Origin: Edaphobacter aggregans
GTDB taxonomy: Bacteria > Acidobacteriota > Terriglobia > Terriglobales > Acidobacteriaceae
DNA: 32,000 nucleotides
Direction: 5' to 3'
Assembly (NCBI RefSeq): GCF_003945235.1
Contig: NZ_RSDW01000001.1
Coordinates: forward strand, 3,930,001-3,962,000
Shown here: positions 29,752 through 32,000 of the stretch, piece by piece
Position numbering within the stretch: position 1 is the stretch's first letter
Layout: the number at the start of each line of letters is the position of its first letter
Notes under the pieces: generated by a model
Databases searched by the model: none
What the model was told of the DNA's origin: nothing
Seen by the model: only the letters and a program-made list of their open reading frames with translations
Program-made: the position numbers and the translations under genes

Positions 29752-31233
29752 ATGAGGCAGGCGATGCGAGGGGCATGGTTGGTTCTGGGCGCGGTCCTTC
29801 TGGTGGGAGCATCGACGCAGTCGGCGTGGGCGCGATTTCAGCCGCAGAGCTGCAAAAATTCGTTTACCGAGCAGCAGGAGATTACCGAAGGCGGAAAGGT
29901 GGCGGCAGAGGTCTTCAAGCAGATGCCGGTGTTGCCGGATAGCTCGCCTGTATCGCAGTATGTGCGGCAGCTTGGGGCGAAGCTCGTGGCTGTCGCGCCG
30001 GGATACAAGTGGCCTTACAACTTTCACGTCGTAGCGAGTGAGGAGATCAATGCGTTTGCGCTGCCGGGTGGGGCGATGTTTGTGAACCTGGGGACGATTC
30101 AGGCAGCCGAGACCGAGGCGCAGTTGGCCGGGGTGATGGCGCATGAGATCTCGCACGTGGTGATGCGGCACTCGACCTGCAACCTGACTAAGCAGCAGAC
30201 GATCGGGACATGGGCCGGGCTGGGGCAGATGGTGGCGGGGATCGCCCTGGGGAATGGCGCGCTAGGCTCAATGGCGAATCAGGGGATCGGGATGGTGACG
30301 GGGCTCGGTTTTTTGAGGATGTCGCGAGATTACGAGAAGCAAGCCGATCTGCTGGGCGCCGGAATTTTGTATGACGCGGGCTATGATCCGCGAGGGCTGC
30401 CGCAGTTCTTCGAGACGATTCAGGCGAAGTATGGCGAGGGTGGGGCACAGATCTTCAGCGATCATCCGAATCCGGGCAACAGAACGCAGTATGTGAATGC
30501 GGAGATCGCGACGTTTCCTCCGCGGCCGAATCCGACTGTGACCTCGCCGGAGTTTACGAAGATTCGGGCACTGGCGGCCAAGGAGAAGACCTACAACGCC
30601 AAGGAGGTTCAGACGGGGGGGTGGCGTCAGACAGGGAAGTATGCGCTGGTAGCTGGCGGGCCTGCGCAGGTGATTCCGGCGGCTCCTGCAGGTCGTGGGC
30701 AGGGTGGGGCTGTGGGTGTGAGGCTAAGCCAGAGTGCGCTGGGACTCAATGACCGGATGGTTGCGTATCAGGGGGCTGGGTTTTCGGTGAGCTATCCGTC
30801 GAGCTGGCAGAAGGGCGAAGGGCAGAACGGCAGCGTGGCGTTTGTGCCGCCGAATGGATCGGGGCAGTCGGGAATTGCGTATGGAGCGCTGATCGATTCG
30901 GTAAGGTTTAAGACTGCGATAACGGATGCGAATACGTTGGCGCAGGCGACCTCGGCGGTGGCGCAGCAGATGAGTCAGCAGAACGGTGGAATGCAGCAGG
31001 CTAGCCAACTAGTGGCGGTCACGGTTGGAGGGCAACCGGGGAATGCTGTGGAGTTGCGAGGCCGGTCGCCGGTTGCGGATGGCGGATCGGCGTTGGTGGA
31101 ACGGGACTGGCTGGTGACGGTGGTGCGTCCTGACGGGAGCTTGAGCTACATGGTGTTTGTAGCGCCGGAGCCGGACTTCGCCGCGTTGAAGCCGGTGTTT
31201 TCGACGATGGTGCAGAGTTTCCGCGTGCGTTAG
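29752..31233 (+). CDS. exported M48-family zinc metalloprotease with a C-terminal extension
   Basis: ATG at 29752 with GGAGAGG (29739-29745). Signal peptide AWLVLGAVLLVGASTQSAWA. Motifs INAFALPGGAMFV and GVMAHEISHVVMRH (HExxH). The ORF track's longer start is the GTG at 29737. Confidence 0.88.
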   Translation: MRQAMRGAWLVLGAVLLVGASTQSAWARFQPQSCKNSFTEQQEITEGGKVAAEVFKQMPVLPDSSPVSQYVRQLGAKLVAVAPGYKWPYNFHVVASEEINAFALPGGAMFVNLGTIQAAETEAQLAGVMAHEISHVVMRHSTCNLTKQQTIGTWAGLGQMVAGIALGNGALGSMANQGIGMVTGLGFLRMSRDYEKQADLLGAGILYDAGYDPRGLPQFFETIQAKYGEGGAQIFSDHPNPGNRTQYVNAEIATFPPRPNPTVTSPEFTKIRALAAKEKTYNAKEVQTGGWRQTGKYALVAGGPAQVIPAAPAGRGQGGAVGVRLSQSALGLNDRMVAYQGAGFSVSYPSSWQKGEGQNGSVAFVPPNGSGQSGIAYGALIDSVRFKTAITDANTLAQATSAVAQQMSQQNGGMQQASQLVAVTVGGQPGNAVELRGRSPVADGGSALVERDWLVTVVRPDGSLSYMVFVAPEPDFAALKPVFSTMVQSFRVR

Positions 31234-31781
31234 TGCAGGAGCAAGACTGATGCGGCGACGAGAAGCCCAGCTGCTCCGAGGACCAGACCGACGAAGAAGA
31301 ACGTTCTGTTGCGGGTGAAGAGAGTGATAGAGGAGAGAACGACGGCGATCTGAAGGAGGGCTTCGCCCAGATCGAAGCGCGCGGCTTTGGCTTCCGCATG
31401 GGTAACGCTTTCCTCATATTCGTGAGCTTTTTGCTGCTCCTCGACGAGATCGGCCTTCAGCTTAGCTATGTGGGTTTTGTATTCGGCGGTCTTCGCTTGG
31501 ATTGCAGCGGAATCGGCGCCAGACTGTGCGGACAAAAGATCAATGGCGACAGAGAGGCTGTCCATGCGAATCTTCTTGGCCTGATATTCGTTCCATTGAT
31601 CGCTGGTGCGGGTCTCCATCAGGATGGCTTCGGTGTGGGCGCGGTGGCCCAGAACGGTAACCATGGCAACGAGAACGGCAAGGATAGAGATGGCAAGCGA
31701 GATGACTTTGAGCGATTCGCCGCCTGACTCACCGGATTCCTGCAACTTGTGGGCGAACTCCTGGACTTCACTGGGCTCCAT
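31230..31781 (-). CDS. DUF4337-like membrane protein (N- and C-terminal TM helices, central coiled coil)
   Basis: Sequence pattern SLAISILAVLVAMVTVLG...SDQWNEYQAKKIR...coiled coil...LLQIAVVLSSITLF. I prefer the ATG at 31781 over the TTG at 31841. The family assignment is from memory of the N.W..YQAK pattern. Confidence 0.6.
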   Translation of the reverse strand: MEPSEVQEFAHKLQESGESGGESLKVISLAISILAVLVAMVTVLGHRAHTEAILMETRTSDQWNEYQAKKIRMDSLSVAIDLLSAQSGADSAAIQAKTAEYKTHIAKLKADLVEEQQKAHEYEESVTHAEAKAARFDLGEALLQIAVVLSSITLFTRNRTFFFVGLVLGAAGLLVAASVLLLH

Positions 31782-32000
31782 GATGGGTGATTGTAAAACC
31801 TGTGAGAGTGGATTGCTGGCGCTGTGGCTGATTGTCAGCAAAATAGCGATTGCACAGGTGACTAAGGGGTCAAATGGGGTGAGACGCCAGATTTTTTCAG
31901 CCTGTATTTACATGGACTTGACGGAGTTTTCTACAGGAAATGCAAGTTATTCACAGCGGCAGGGTTGCGCTCGGGCTGAGTCGTTGATAATCTCAGGAAG

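Overview
High-GC (about 60% or more in most genes) bacterial chromosomal segment. It holds about 26 supportable protein-coding genes. I found no rRNA, tRNA, CRISPR array, transposase or integrase. The gene content suggests Acidobacteriota/Terriglobia, which is inference only: a TonB-dependent receptor with an N-terminal carboxypeptidase-regulatory-like domain, a giant exported PIG-L deacetylase, exported HEAT-repeat proteins, and GC-rich multi-hairpin intergenic repeats. Order of features from left to right: (1) a small membrane protein; (2) an intergenic hairpin-repeat cluster; (3) an unusual TIR-linker-MFS fusion gene; (4) an exported His/Gly-rich protein convergent with a Tat-exported ferritin-like protein; (5) an amino-sugar-type locus with a SIS-domain isomerase/deaminase, an exported PIG-L deacetylase and a divergent ROK regulator; (6) a TonB receptor / argininosuccinate-lyase-like enzyme / APC permease operon; (7) a cupin gene; (8) a second copy of the hairpin-repeat family next to a low-GC islet (NTF2-like gene plus an orphan exported protein); (9) an exported GH38 alpha-mannosidase; (10) a tightly coupled ECF sigma operon; (11) MscS-like channel, YcxB-like protein, ilvE, MarC-family protein, M48 protease and a DUF4337-like protein. 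The ECF operon runs sigma, an ORF-track-missed 51-aa zf-HC2 mini anti-sigma, a transmembrane zf-HC2 anti-sigma, then two exported TPR/HEAT-repeat proteins. Best candidates for undescribed biology: the TIR-MFS fusion, the ECF/dual-anti-sigma/exported-HEAT operon, the TonB-lyase-permease operon, and a 38-bp imperfect inverted repeat with strand-asymmetric G:U pairing between ilvE and the MarC-family gene. All family assignments come from motif recognition by eye. No database search was run.
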